A DNA stretch of 64,000 bases from a virus: the UHGV virus genome UHGV-1384413. The stretch is one strand, 5' to 3'. Below are positions 35,071 to 46,100 of this stretch, piece by piece; within the stretch, counting starts at the first letter, position 1; each line of letters opens with the position of its first letter. The notes under the pieces are model-generated. The model ran no database searches. It was not told the DNA's origin and saw only the letters and a list, made by a program, of their open reading frames with translations. Both the position numbers and the translations under genes were made by a program.

Positions 35071-37668
35071 ATGCGTATTCAACACAACATTGATAACGTA
35101 TTTCAGATGATCGAGGGGCACAGGAAGTGCCTCGATAATAACACAGGTATTACCAATCTTCCTACACAGAACAAACTGGTAAACCAGGATGGACTTATAG
35201 CGTCAGGTTGGTCAGGGAGTAAGATAAATAATGATTGGGCAATGCATGAGTCCCAAGCTGTGTTGATTCTGGGATACATTGAGGCATACAGGGCATCAAA
35301 AAGCGATTTTTATCTAGACAGGGCCAAAGAGGCTTGGGAAGCCTACAACAGTCATCTTCTGGGCGTATATGCAGTAGAAAGTAAAATGCAAAGATTGTCC
35401 CACTACCCGTTATCCACAGATGGGGTTCCATCGCATGGTGGGTTTAAAGATGTGGTTGTGTCTTTTAACAAAGGTAGAGGAAAAATCCCAGCGGGATCCC
35501 CGACATGGGGAGAATACTTAGACAAGGCTTTTCAGGCGTATAACGGTGTTTTAGGAAGAAACACGGTAGACTCTGATGTTTACGGCGGCACAGATGCTAA
35601 TCCTAATTGGACAACTTCCGGATTAAGTTGGTGGGTTGAGTGGTATATAGCATGGGATGGTAACCGCTATTGGGCCAACGGTAGCATAGCCGACAGTGGT
35701 CATACGTCTGCAGAGTTCGGCACAATCCAACTGCAAGATAAGGGTGTTACAGGCAACCACAAGGTTACCTATTGTGTGAGATTGCCTCAAGAGCAGGGCG
35801 GATCGGTGATACCTGCTGGATCCCCTGTAATTGTAAACCCTATAAACGTGGTTGCAGACAATCAAGCCCCAGAGTTAGACGGAGAAGAGATGTGGTGTGA
35901 CGCTTGTTATCAACTCTATACCTTAACAGGCGAGGAAAAGTATTACACCGCGTTTAAACAGTCTTACAATAAGTTGCTTAATTTCAGCGATATAAACGCC
36001 TACGACAAGCTGTTCAGAAAGACCACGTTGATTAAGGCACCGTTCACGGATGGTACTTGTCTCGTCGCAGGAACAGTTCCTGTCATGAGCAGGGACAGTG
36101 ACGGGTATATCAATTTTAGAATGAACGCTCGCCAGCCTTGCGAAATAATCCAAAAAGGGACTACATACAAAATAGGCAGAGATGCTGAAATTGTTATGAA
36201 TTTCGGAGGAGAAGGGGTTCTGTTCCAGCCACATTTCATCCTTAATGATGGCAACAATAACAAAAAACAGTACAGAATAGGTGTCCCTTTTGGAGGAGCA
36301 GAGGTAACAGAAACAGTTGCCAAGGTTACTGATTTTGTAGAGGTGGTTGGTAAAGACGGTAACCCATATCTCTTGCCAAAAGAGGAAAACATTGCCGTAA
36401 GCGGTGGCGCTAGTGTTAGTATGCAGTATGATACCGACATTTACAACCACTCTGACAACTTCACCCGTTGCAACATAGTAAGAGGCAAGGTAACTTTCAA
36501 TTTTGGAAGAGAGATTTCTTTAAACTCAGTAACTTATCGATCAGATGATGAAATGGTAAGGGTCAAATTTCTTGACAAAGACCGTTGGTTATGGTATGCT
36601 GATCTATATGCCACTAATGGACAATGGATAACAGAAACTCTTACTCTGGGGGATTTTAAACTAGACCCTACACAACCTCATCACACCGAAGAGGAGATTA
36701 AACCTTTCTTTGCTAACACCAAAGGGATCACCTCTGTGGATTTCAGTCTGAGCGACAGGCAGATAGGCAATGGCTTGTTTGATCTGTATTGCGTCAACAC
36801 GCTACCGCAATTTTATGTTGCAGATAGAGATGCTTACCTAATTTGGTTTAGTGTATGGATGGCAAGCAAGACAGAATCAACCGCTAAGGTTGGCGATTGT
36901 TATGTCAGAAACTACAAGCAAGGTGCATACAGGCACACGCCCGGTGTGTTCCCTGCCGGAAAGGTGATAGATAAGGAAAATTATCTCTTAGAGGAAAGGC
37001 CAAGTTGGCCCTATCCTGGTATGCAATACCCAGCAGTTTACTGCATGGGTGCAGAAAACATAGACCGCCATAGATTGTCAAATACAATAGGCTTTCTGTA
37101 TGACTCTCAAGCCTGGTATAACAATACATTTAAGACAGAGGGTCCAGTTGCCTCACGTTATGTATGGCAGAGAGGTAATGAAGGGTTGACTGGTTGGTGG
37201 GAGATGGTAGATAACTCTAAACTCCAGTCAAGATCTTTTGTTGCTGCGTGCCGCACAATATATGAGCTCAAGAAACATAAAGAGCCTGTTGATGAAAGAC
37301 TATTCCTGTTCTGCCAGAAATGGGCATGGTTCCTCAACAGATTCCAGTCATCCCATTCAGGAAATTTGCCTACAGACTTTAACACCTCTGGTGGATACTC
37401 TTATCAAGATAGGGGAGATAGGATGTGGGTGGTAGGTGAATGGCTTGCAGGTTGCTGCTGGCTAGGTCTTTGCGGGTATTCAGAGACAATACCTCAAATA
37501 GATATTGTTGTAGAAGCCTGTATGAAGCTACTGCAAAAGCACCACTTTATTAATGGGGATAATGTTTTAAATGGCTGCTGGGCAGTTTCTGATCCGGTAG
37601 GCTATCACTCTGGCGAAATCCTTCGCGGTCTGGGCCTTTATGCTCAATACCGTGGATTGTACCTTTAA
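35071..37668 (+). CDS. large tail-associated protein, Trp-rich (possible carbohydrate-active tailspike)
   Basis: 865 aa; Trp/Tyr-rich segments such as WWVEWYIAWDGNRYW; no catalytic motif assignable by eye. Confidence 0.35.
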   Translation: MRIQHNIDNVFQMIEGHRKCLDNNTGITNLPTQNKLVNQDGLIASGWSGSKINNDWAMHESQAVLILGYIEAYRASKSDFYLDRAKEAWEAYNSHLLGVYAVESKMQRLSHYPLSTDGVPSHGGFKDVVVSFNKGRGKIPAGSPTWGEYLDKAFQAYNGVLGRNTVDSDVYGGTDANPNWTTSGLSWWVEWYIAWDGNRYWANGSIADSGHTSAEFGTIQLQDKGVTGNHKVTYCVRLPQEQGGSVIPAGSPVIVNPINVVADNQAPELDGEEMWCDACYQLYTLTGEEKYYTAFKQSYNKLLNFSDINAYDKLFRKTTLIKAPFTDGTCLVAGTVPVMSRDSDGYINFRMNARQPCEIIQKGTTYKIGRDAEIVMNFGGEGVLFQPHFILNDGNNNKKQYRIGVPFGGAEVTETVAKVTDFVEVVGKDGNPYLLPKEENIAVSGGASVSMQYDTDIYNHSDNFTRCNIVRGKVTFNFGREISLNSVTYRSDDEMVRVKFLDKDRWLWYADLYATNGQWITETLTLGDFKLDPTQPHHTEEEIKPFFANTKGITSVDFSLSDRQIGNGLFDLYCVNTLPQFYVADRDAYLIWFSVWMASKTESTAKVGDCYVRNYKQGAYRHTPGVFPAGKVIDKENYLLEERPSWPYPGMQYPAVYCMGAENIDRHRLSNTIGFLYDSQAWYNNTFKTEGPVASRYVWQRGNEGLTGWWEMVDNSKLQSRSFVAACRTIYELKKHKEPVDERLFLFCQKWAWFLNRFQSSHSGNLPTDFNTSGGYSYQDRGDRMWVVGEWLAGCCWLGLCGYSETIPQIDIVVEACMKLLQKHHFINGDNVLNGCWAVSDPVGYHSGEILRGLGLYAQYRGLYL

Positions 37669-37671
37669 CAT

Positions 37672-37692
37672 AGGGGGCTGTTTGCCCCCTTT
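37672..37692 (+). terminator. hairpin terminator
   Basis: gggggc-tgtttg-ccccc then TTTC. Confidence 0.5.
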
Positions 37693-37703
37693 CAGGAGAA
37701 AGA

Positions 37704-40700
37704 ATGGCTGATATTAAAGTTGTCAGAATTGAATCTCTTCCTGCCACTACCGCAGTGACAGAGGATGATTACCTGGTTGTTCAACAACCAGACCTGACCC
37801 GTCGTGTAAAAATTGGCGATGTTGTCCATGTTGATGGGACTGTTTCTCATGTAATCTCCTTTAAGGAAGGTGGTAAGTTAAACGGCCCAATGGATTTTGC
37901 CTACTTCGAAGAGGAAGACCTCTACCTGCGTTGGAAAGGCGAATTTCCACACACTGTCCCTGCACTGTCTTCACCATACTCTGACGGTGGGATTACTGAC
38001 GCTGCATGGATGGTGTATACAGACCCGTCATTAAGGGAGGAGCTGGAGTCTACCATTGGTGCGTCTATGATTATGACAGCCGAAGGGCAGTCTGTCCAGG
38101 ATGTAATGGATGTTACTGTTCAGACAGCCAACGATGCTAAAGCACTTGCACAGCGGGTAGATTTTGGCACAGTGCATACTGTAGGCGATGTTATTCACCT
38201 TGTCAACTTTGTTGGTCCTGCAGTTATTGAAGAGGGAAGAACTACTAACTACCCTTCTGAAGCAGCTGGTGAAAAATTTCTGAACGGTGTGGTATCTCGT
38301 CGTGATACTACAACTGTTGATGGCATTTTCCGTGGCGCTACCTCCGGAGCTATGTATACCATTGCAGTAACCAACGGTGTAGCAACAACAAAAAGAATAG
38401 CACTTCGTGACGAATTTAAACGCCTGGAGGCAAACAACCCAACAAGAACAGTTATCCGTGCCGGAGATGATTTAAACACGGCAGGGTACTTGCAGCTTGA
38501 TGCAACAGGCCGTTGGGGTATGTGGAACCAACAAACAGCCTCGTGGCAACCTCTTGCTATAGAGCAAGGCGGTACAGGAGCCAGAGATGCCGCAGGTGCA
38601 CGCATTAACTTAGGGGCTTTCTATAAGCAACGTGCAGCCCTTGAGGCAAATTTCAATATCAATAACTTAACTGGTAATCAGGATGGTGTATACTACCAGC
38701 CGATGACTGCTAATGCAACTGAGGCAAATGGTTACCCTGCGGGTTCTGGTGCGGGTCACTTGATTGTTTGGCAGAACAATGCTAACGGCGGTACAGGTTG
38801 TCGTCAGGAATACTATCCATTCTCTAACGTAGATGTTTGGTATTTGAGAACCTATCAGGCCAACACAAATCAGTGGACTGCATGGCAGCCGATGGTCAGA
38901 CCTCGTAACGATGATACCTTTAGAGCGCACATCGGTCTCGGGTCTAGAAATTCCCCTACCTTCGGGCACCTTTACCTGTCTCAAAGTTCTGCTGATGTTA
39001 AGTCAGCATCAGGTATTGTTAACGGGGACAAATACAACGCTGACGGTGTCCTTGAGCATGGTTATAGGATCTACTCTGAGGTAAGAAACGACAATAAAGC
39101 TTGGTTGACAATCCACCTGCACAAAGGTGCAAAAGGATCTGAAACTCACAGATATTTAGGTTTCCGCGAAGACGGAGTATTAGACTGCCCTAAATATATG
39201 CAGGTTGGTGATCTGAACGGTCAGCTGGCAAACTGGGGACTTGGAGAATGGATCCGCAGTTCAGGGGCAGAAAGAGGTTTCTGGGGATCTAAGAAAGCCG
39301 CCAAGATGGTCATCTGGGATGGCGGGATGGACGAATCCGGTAACGGCAGTTTGGAATGGGGTGTTTATAACACCCGGAAAGCTAAATGGGAACCACTGCC
39401 GATAGCTTGTGGTGGTACCAGTGCCAGGACTGTAGGGGATGCTCAAGCACAATTCAGAATCCCTCTGGCAGCAGGCGCTAGACCCTATGTAAACCTGCCT
39501 AGAACTGCAGCTATGCAGGACGGTAAGTATTATCCTATTATCGTCAGAACTGACCCCAACTTTGCAGCAACTATCGGGACAGATTTGACCATTGTCACCA
39601 GATCTTCTTCTGGCGGTGACCCAATGAACTGTGCTACACTACAGTGTCACTACAGAACTGGTGGCTGGACAGACAGAGGTGATTCTTTCCAAGGGGTTAT
39701 TAATTTCTACCAAAACGAGAGAGCAATCCTCGGATGTGTATCTCCAACCAGAGGTAAGCAGGAGTATGTTGCATTCTATGTAGAGGCACGTGCATTCCCT
39801 GTTACAGTATATGCTGGCGCTACTGTAATAGAAGTGTCAACCAGGGAGGCTGATTGGCAAGTAGGCAACGTGACAGGTAACCAAGATGGTGTCAAGTTCT
39901 GTGCTCCTCTGGAATCTGCAGATTTGAGTCTTGCAATCAAAGGTGATGATGTAACAAACACCAGACCTCTGGTTGAGTTCAAAGGAACATCAGGTTTCTA
40001 CACTGGTGGTGGAACTATGTGGCACTACCTGGGGACTCCTGAACGCTATGCAGTGATGAGCAAAACGAACATGCCTAAAGTCGAGCTGTGGGCAGACGGT
40101 CTTGACTATTTGTGCTACGGCAGTCCTAGAAAGGCATTATTCTCTAACGCGGGATTCCAGTGTGCATCTGACGGAACAGAGGATCTAACTAACGGCACGT
40201 TTACCTCTAAATGTGGTAATGGTGCTGGCCTTAAAGGCCAAGCAGAGTTCAGGTCTACTCCAGAAGCTGGTCAAGTTATTGTTCGAGATGTTGTGGGAAC
40301 AGCTCATAGATTCTACAACTTCAACAAAGATGGTACTTTCTCAGCCCCAGGTGGTTTTGTATGTCATACTGGTGGAGACTGGAACAACCAGTTCGGGCCT
40401 AATAACCCGTCAAAAATAATGGCTGGCAACGTCAACGGACCAGAAGGTTCGATGGTTGTTGGTGGACTGTCTGTGGCGTTTTCTGGAAACTATGCTTTCC
40501 AAATGGCTGGTCGCCTTGATCAGTTATACACCAGATCTATTGAGGGTGGTAACCACAGGGCGTGGAACAAAGTTATTCAGCACCGTGGTCAAGGTCTGGG
40601 GACAGAAGACCTTAATGACTACGATGGTAGCCGTGAAGGTTTCTATCACCAAGGTTCAAACGCTGACGCACTTGTAATAGATCGCCACTACCCTGCTCCA

Positions 40701-41510
40701 TACGCTGGTACACTGCTTGTTTACAAAAACACAGCTAACAGACCTCAAGGTTGTGTGCAGGAATATATCACCTATTTTGGTGACAGATATACTCGTGCTG
40801 GTAACTACGTTGGCGATGTCTTTACTTGGGAAGAATGGAGACACGATGCTGGTAAGGGCATTCAGTTAAGACCTAATTACACTTTCGGTGAAACCAGTAA
40901 TCAACTGGAAATTCATGTCGGTTCTAATAGTCTTTCTAGCAACGCCGATAACTTACCCACCAATACAGGTAGAATGTTCTATTGGGGAAACACAGCCAGG
41001 AAGAATGTGCTTGAGTTTCAGATAAACGACAACGCTGCGTCTGCTGGTTGGGTATTCCACTGTGGTGCTAGGTCAGACGAGGCTAAGTCAAGATATTTTG
41101 CTGTCAACGGTGTAGTAGAGTGCACCACTGTAAGCCAGAGCTCTGATAGAGACCTGAAGGATAACATAGAGGTTATTCCTAACGCGCTGGAAGCTATCCG
41201 TAAGATGAAGGGCTATACCTACACTTTAAAAGAGAATGGTATGCCTCACGCGGGGGTAATTGCTCAAGAGGTCATGGAAGCATTGCCAGAGGCAGTAGGG
41301 TCTTTCGTGAAAAGGAAGGAAATCCCAAACCCTGATCAAGATGGGACTCCTTTGATAACAGAAGAAAGGTTCTATAACGTTGACTACGCAGCTGTAACAG
41401 GCTTGCTTGTCCAGGTTTGCAGGGAACAGGACGATAAAATAACCGCCCTTGAGGAGCAGGTTAAAAAATTGACAGAGGTTGTTACTGGGTTGCAAGAGAA
41501 ACTGAAGTAA
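37704..41510 (+). CDS. long tail fibre with C-terminal intramolecular chaperone domain (peptidase S74-like)
   Basis: 1268 aa; two GG[TS]GA..AR.NLG-type hinge motifs (IEQGGTGARDAAGARINLG, IACGGTSARTVGDAQAQF); C-terminus SDRDLKDNIEVIPNALEAIRKMKGYTY plus coiled coil, typical of auto-cleaving chaperone domains. Confidence 0.65.
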   Translation: MADIKVVRIESLPATTAVTEDDYLVVQQPDLTRRVKIGDVVHVDGTVSHVISFKEGGKLNGPMDFAYFEEEDLYLRWKGEFPHTVPALSSPYSDGGITDAAWMVYTDPSLREELESTIGASMIMTAEGQSVQDVMDVTVQTANDAKALAQRVDFGTVHTVGDVIHLVNFVGPAVIEEGRTTNYPSEAAGEKFLNGVVSRRDTTTVDGIFRGATSGAMYTIAVTNGVATTKRIALRDEFKRLEANNPTRTVIRAGDDLNTAGYLQLDATGRWGMWNQQTASWQPLAIEQGGTGARDAAGARINLGAFYKQRAALEANFNINNLTGNQDGVYYQPMTANATEANGYPAGSGAGHLIVWQNNANGGTGCRQEYYPFSNVDVWYLRTYQANTNQWTAWQPMVRPRNDDTFRAHIGLGSRNSPTFGHLYLSQSSADVKSASGIVNGDKYNADGVLEHGYRIYSEVRNDNKAWLTIHLHKGAKGSETHRYLGFREDGVLDCPKYMQVGDLNGQLANWGLGEWIRSSGAERGFWGSKKAAKMVIWDGGMDESGNGSLEWGVYNTRKAKWEPLPIACGGTSARTVGDAQAQFRIPLAAGARPYVNLPRTAAMQDGKYYPIIVRTDPNFAATIGTDLTIVTRSSSGGDPMNCATLQCHYRTGGWTDRGDSFQGVINFYQNERAILGCVSPTRGKQEYVAFYVEARAFPVTVYAGATVIEVSTREADWQVGNVTGNQDGVKFCAPLESADLSLAIKGDDVTNTRPLVEFKGTSGFYTGGGTMWHYLGTPERYAVMSKTNMPKVELWADGLDYLCYGSPRKALFSNAGFQCASDGTEDLTNGTFTSKCGNGAGLKGQAEFRSTPEAGQVIVRDVVGTAHRFYNFNKDGTFSAPGGFVCHTGGDWNNQFGPNNPSKIMAGNVNGPEGSMVVGGLSVAFSGNYAFQMAGRLDQLYTRSIEGGNHRAWNKVIQHRGQGLGTEDLNDYDGSREGFYHQGSNADALVIDRHYPAPYAGTLLVYKNTANRPQGCVQEYITYFGDRYTRAGNYVGDVFTWEEWRHDAGKGIQLRPNYTFGETSNQLEIHVGSNSLSSNADNLPTNTGRMFYWGNTARKNVLEFQINDNAASAGWVFHCGARSDEAKSRYFAVNGVVECTTVSQSSDRDLKDNIEVIPNALEAIRKMKGYTYTLKENGMPHAGVIAQEVMEALPEAVGSFVKRKEIPNPDQDGTPLITEERFYNVDYAAVTGLLVQVCREQDDKITALEEQVKKLTEVVTGLQEKLK

Positions 41511-41515
41511 CTGTT

Positions 41516-41547
41516 TTGCCCTCGCTTCGGCGGGGGCTTTTTGTTTG
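41516..41547 (+). terminator. rho-independent terminator
   Basis: gccctcgc-ttcg-gcgggggc then TTTTTG. Confidence 0.75.
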
Positions 41548-41569
41548 TATTGCGTATTAACTCAAAATC

Positions 41570-41579
41570 TGGTAAAATA
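41570..41579 (+). promoter_or_regulatory. extended -10 promoter element TGGTAAAATA
   Basis: Same 10-mer as at 23907, 27428 and 47388; 30 bp upstream of ATG 41610. Confidence 0.45.
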
Positions 41580-41609
41580 ACTATCATGATTGTTTAACCT
41601 GGAGGCACA

Positions 41610-42200
41610 ATGTTTTTATGGGAAAGGCCTAGATATCTTCCAGATATTAGATTGGAGTTGCTGGCAGATATTGTTACGTTTAAAAGCCCGTTTACAGGTA
41701 AGACGCAAAAAGTAACCTATGCCACGCCCAACTGGAAAGGAACTTTGACGGTTTCCAATATAAGTGAGTCCCAGCTATTGGAGCTTAAAAGTTTTGTTGA
41801 TCAGGTGTATAAAGATGGGAACATCTTTCTTATTAAAACGTACGGTCACTCAGTAACAGCTAATGAGCCAATCGCCCTTGGGCCTACTGGTAACGACGAT
41901 TTTTTGAAGACGGTCGGATGGGAGCCAAACAGAGACATAGCCAGAGCTGGGGATAAAATATCTGTCAATGATGAATTGAAAGTGGTAACAGCTCCAGTGC
42001 GCAGCGATGGTGTTGGGTCTGCTGTCATAAGCATATCCCCAAGACTTAGAAAACCTATTGCTGCAGGGGACACTATGAAGATAATAACTCAATCCCCAAA
42101 GGGTAGGTTTCATATCAGAGATATTTATAAAATTAAGCAAAAAGTCGATGCTATGCAAAAAGGTGATAATATAGTTATCAACTTCTTTGAGGATTTCTAA
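41610..42200 (+). CDS. tail-tip-associated protein
   Basis: 196 aa; first of three coupled genes preceding the J-like fibre gene. Confidence 0.35.
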   Translation: MFLWERPRYLPDIRLELLADIVTFKSPFTGKTQKVTYATPNWKGTLTVSNISESQLLELKSFVDQVYKDGNIFLIKTYGHSVTANEPIALGPTGNDDFLKTVGWEPNRDIARAGDKISVNDELKVVTAPVRSDGVGSAVISISPRLRKPIAAGDTMKIITQSPKGRFHIRDIYKIKQKVDAMQKGDNIVINFFEDF

Positions 42201-42753
42201 GATGATTAGAGCGCCATTAGATAATTTATTTCTTGAAAAGCTGGAGCTTGATAGTGTTGAGATCTTAATTGCTGCAAAGCTAGAGCTACCAACAGGGACT
42301 GTCAGGGTGTGCTCAGGAACTGGTGTTGTGGTGATTGAGGGGCAACATTTTATAGGGATAGGTGGATCAGCAACATTGACTGCTGTGTCTGAGAAAGATG
42401 CCACCAACTTCGGATCTGTGGTAGCAACATTGAACGGATTTGATCCCAAGTATGTAGGTGATCTGCTGAAGACAGAGTATTCGGGTTGTCGTGCCACGTT
42501 GTATATCACAGCTATGGAGAATGGTTTACCTGTTACAACCAATGGCTTGTTTGACGGCCTTATAACAGACATGGCTATTCAGACAGGGGAGAATAGTGCT
42601 TTGTCCATATCCATATCTTCCATCTTCAACAGCTGGTTAAGAGGTTTTCCTTATCGATACACAGAGGAGAGCCATAGCTCAAGAAACGATAATGACAGAT
42701 TTTTTAAATATGTGGATCAGGTGGCAAGCCGCCCGATCATTTGGGAGGTTTAA
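42187..42753 (+). CDS. tail-tip-associated protein
   Basis: 188 aa; overlaps both neighbours. Confidence 0.35.
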   Translation: MRISKMIRAPLDNLFLEKLELDSVEILIAAKLELPTGTVRVCSGTGVVVIEGQHFIGIGGSATLTAVSEKDATNFGSVVATLNGFDPKYVGDLLKTEYSGCRATLYITAMENGLPVTTNGLFDGLITDMAIQTGENSALSISISSIFNSWLRGFPYRYTEESHSSRNDNDRFFKYVDQVASRPIIWEV

Positions 42754-43178
42754 TGAGCACACACCCTCGTTTAGTGGACTGGCAAGAAAGATTGTGGAAA
42801 GTGTTTGACGAAGAAGCCACCGTCCCGTTTGAATGGGGATTCCACGATTGCTGCACTTTTGCGGCTAAGTGTGTTGATGCCCAATACGGAACAGATTTTC
42901 TTTCTAACTTTGAAGGAACGTATAAAACAGAGTTGGAAAGCAAGAGATGGTGCATGCTTCGTTTCAAAACCACACATCTGCCTACTATTTTTGATCTCTT
43001 TTTGACTCGACTGGATACTCCTAAACAGGTTCAGCGTGGGGATATTGTTATTTTCGAAGGTCTGAACGGGCTCACCGCTGGTGTGTTCTGGAACAACCAG
43101 ATTTGGGCGAAAGGTGATAAAGGGATCTTTATGTTTGACATGAAAGATTCTATCGTTGTTGATGTCTGGAGGTATTAA
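42741..43178 (+). CDS. tail-tip-associated protein (possible gpK-like Cys-containing domain)
   Basis: 145 aa; WGFHDCCTF Cys-containing motif; stop overlaps the J-like start. Confidence 0.3.
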   Translation: MGGLMSTHPRLVDWQERLWKVFDEEATVPFEWGFHDCCTFAAKCVDAQYGTDFLSNFEGTYKTELESKRWCMLRFKTTHLPTIFDLFLTRLDTPKQVQRGDIVIFEGLNGLTAGVFWNNQIWAKGDKGIFMFDMKDSIVVDVWRY

Positions 43179-46100
43179 TGCCAATTGCAATGATTGATAA
43201 CATCGTTGCTTCTGCAAGATCTTCGAGCTATGACTGGAACGCATCCAAGGCAGCTCTGGCTGACAGCCTGAACACTGTTACCACCAGAACCTTGGATAAG
43301 ATTTTCGAAGGCAACAAATCTTACAGAAGTCAGCAAGATAGACAAAAGCTCCTCAGATCTTCTGCTGCACCTTGCTCTGTAGTGTATGGGAAGACACGCA
43401 CATCTGGATTGCTTGCGTTTTTGGAGCAGGACAGGGACAGAACCCTTCATTGTGCTATTGTTCTTGCCAATCACCCTCTGGAAGGTGTAGAAGATATACT
43501 TATCGACGGTAATCCTATTTCCTCATATGGAGATTTGGTATCTTGGGAGCTACATAACGACAGAAAAACCTCTGATCCTTTCATGGGCACACACTGCCCT
43601 TCGTGGTCACCAGACATGATAGGTAGAGGGATCAGTTGGCTACGTGCCAGCTTTAAGTTTGACCCTAACAAGTTTCCTTTTGGGTTGCCGAACGTTACAC
43701 TCGTCAAAGTTGGTAAAAAATGTTATGATCCTCGTATCAGTAAAGAGGTGTATACCAATAACGCTGCCTTGGTGATTCTGGACTATCTAAGAACGTACCT
43801 TAAATGTCCTGACGAAACCATCAACTGGGAGTCCTTCAAGGAGGCTGCCAACATATGCGACGAGGCTGTAAGAAACGCAGACGGAACCAGTGAGCGTCGT
43901 TACACCATTAATGGAGAGTTCGACATGGATGAAGCACCAGCAAGCATTATGGCAGAAATGCTGAAAGCTTGTGGTGCAGATCTTAGCTATGTAGCTGGCA
44001 AATATGGTCTGCTGGTAGGTGCATATTATGGCCCGGCAACAATGACACTGAGTGAGGACTGTGTTTGCGGTGAGGTTAAGATCTATCCGGAAGCCTCTTT
44101 CGACAAGAGATCGAACACAATAACTGGCAGATTTACTAGTCCAACCAAAGGGTATTCTGAAACAGATTTTCCATCAGTGTTTGTCCCAGAGTGGATAGAG
44201 AAGGATGGAGAAAGAAAGATAATCGATATAGATTATCGCTTTGTTACCAGCCCTTATCAAGCTCAGCGTGTTTCTGCAATCTTCTTAAGACGTGCCCGAG
44301 CTGGCAGGATTATTGAAGTAACCTGCAATATGCGAGGTTTTAAATTTAAACCTGGGCGTTACGTTACGATGAATCTTCCAAGTATTGGTATAGTGGGCCA
44401 AGAAATGAGGGTTCTTGAGTGGGAGTTCACCAAAAAGGGAGGTGTCAAGGTAAAACTTCGTCAAGATGCCAAAGAGTGGAACGATGCCACAGGACAACTT
44501 CCGGATTCTGGAGATGTAGATATTCCGATATCTCCATCCGGCGTAGCTCAACCGCAAAACTTCAGATACTCTGTTCTTCAAGCTGGAGAAGTAACTCACG
44601 GTGTTTTGGCTTGGGACAACGTTGGAACTTATGCTCAAAATATTGTGCAGGTAAGAAAGAACGGAGAGATTATTTGGACAGCACAAACAGTAGAGCAGTT
44701 TGTCCGTGTAGAAGGATTGACCAAAGGGTCATACACAGCAACCGTGGTTGCAACATCTTATAAAGGTGGTGTATCTCCAGAAGCGTACTGCGAGTTTAAC
44801 ATTCAGGCACCTGAAGCTCCGGTTTCTGTAGAAGTTAAGCAGGGATACTTTGCTATCACCTTGATTCCGCACAGCAGGGACTTAGCAAGTGTAAGCACCC
44901 AGTATGACTTTTGGACATCTGGTATGACAAGGTTGCCAGACACAAGTGATGCAACCGTTACTTCAAAAGCCACTCGTATGGGTGTTGGTTCAACTTGGAC
45001 ATCTGAAGGTCTGCAGAACGATAAGATCTATTATTGGTATATTCGAACCACAAACGCTTTTGGTAGTTCTCAGTTTATAGAATGCGCTGCACGCTGCTAC
45101 ACCTCTATTGAAGATTTGATGCCTCAGATAGATGCTGAATTTAAAAAGACAGAAACTTATAAAGAGTTGATGAGCACTTTAGATTCCTCTATCGAAGAGG
45201 TTGAAAATCGTGTCACAGAACTTAACAGGTACATGGATGGTAGAGTTGACGAGGCTTTTGACCACATGGAAGGTGAGTTCTCTAGAGTAGACAAGCTGTA
45301 TGCTCAGTTGGGGGATAGGGTTGGAATATTCATCCAAGAAACCCACGACAACTTCCAGGACGTTAATGGAACGCTTACCACTCTAGACCAGAAACTGGTA
45401 GCCACTCAGAACAAGTTTGCAGATGATCTTTCTAAAGAAAGTGGTAAGCTGACTTCTCTAATACAGACCACTAACAAAGCTACAACCGATCTGTTAAATC
45501 AGAAAACTGAAGCTTTGGACGAGAAGATTTTTTCAACAAGGGGTGAATTGGAAGATGCTTTGGCACAGGAAAGCTCTGAGCTGAACTCTCTGATTGTTTC
45601 AACCAATAAAACGACTACAGATCTCCTTAATCGGAAAACCGAGGCTTTAGACAATAAGCTGACAGCAACGAAAGGTGAGTTGACCAACAACCTGCAGAAT
45701 GAGAGTGCTAAACTATCATCCTTAATTGAGTCAACCAACAAATCCACCACTGATCTTCTTAATAAGAAAACAGAGGCGTTGGATGAAAAACTGGTTGCTG
45801 CACAGGGCGAGTTGACTGAGCAGATCGGAGATGTTGAAAAAGGCTATCTGGCTGGTGATAAGAGCCTAGAGGGCAAGTTGAATACTCAAAGATCTGAGTT
45901 GGATGCGAGCATTCTGAGCACTAACCAGGCCACTGTGGACTTGCTGAACAGAACTTCTGAGACTCTTGACCAGAAGATTAGCCAGACCAACGCCACAGTG
46001 TCCAAAAACTACACCACGCTTGATGGTAAGATAAACACCGCCAAGTCTGATCTTAATACGTTGATTTCTACCACCAACAAGGCCACAACTGACCTATTGA

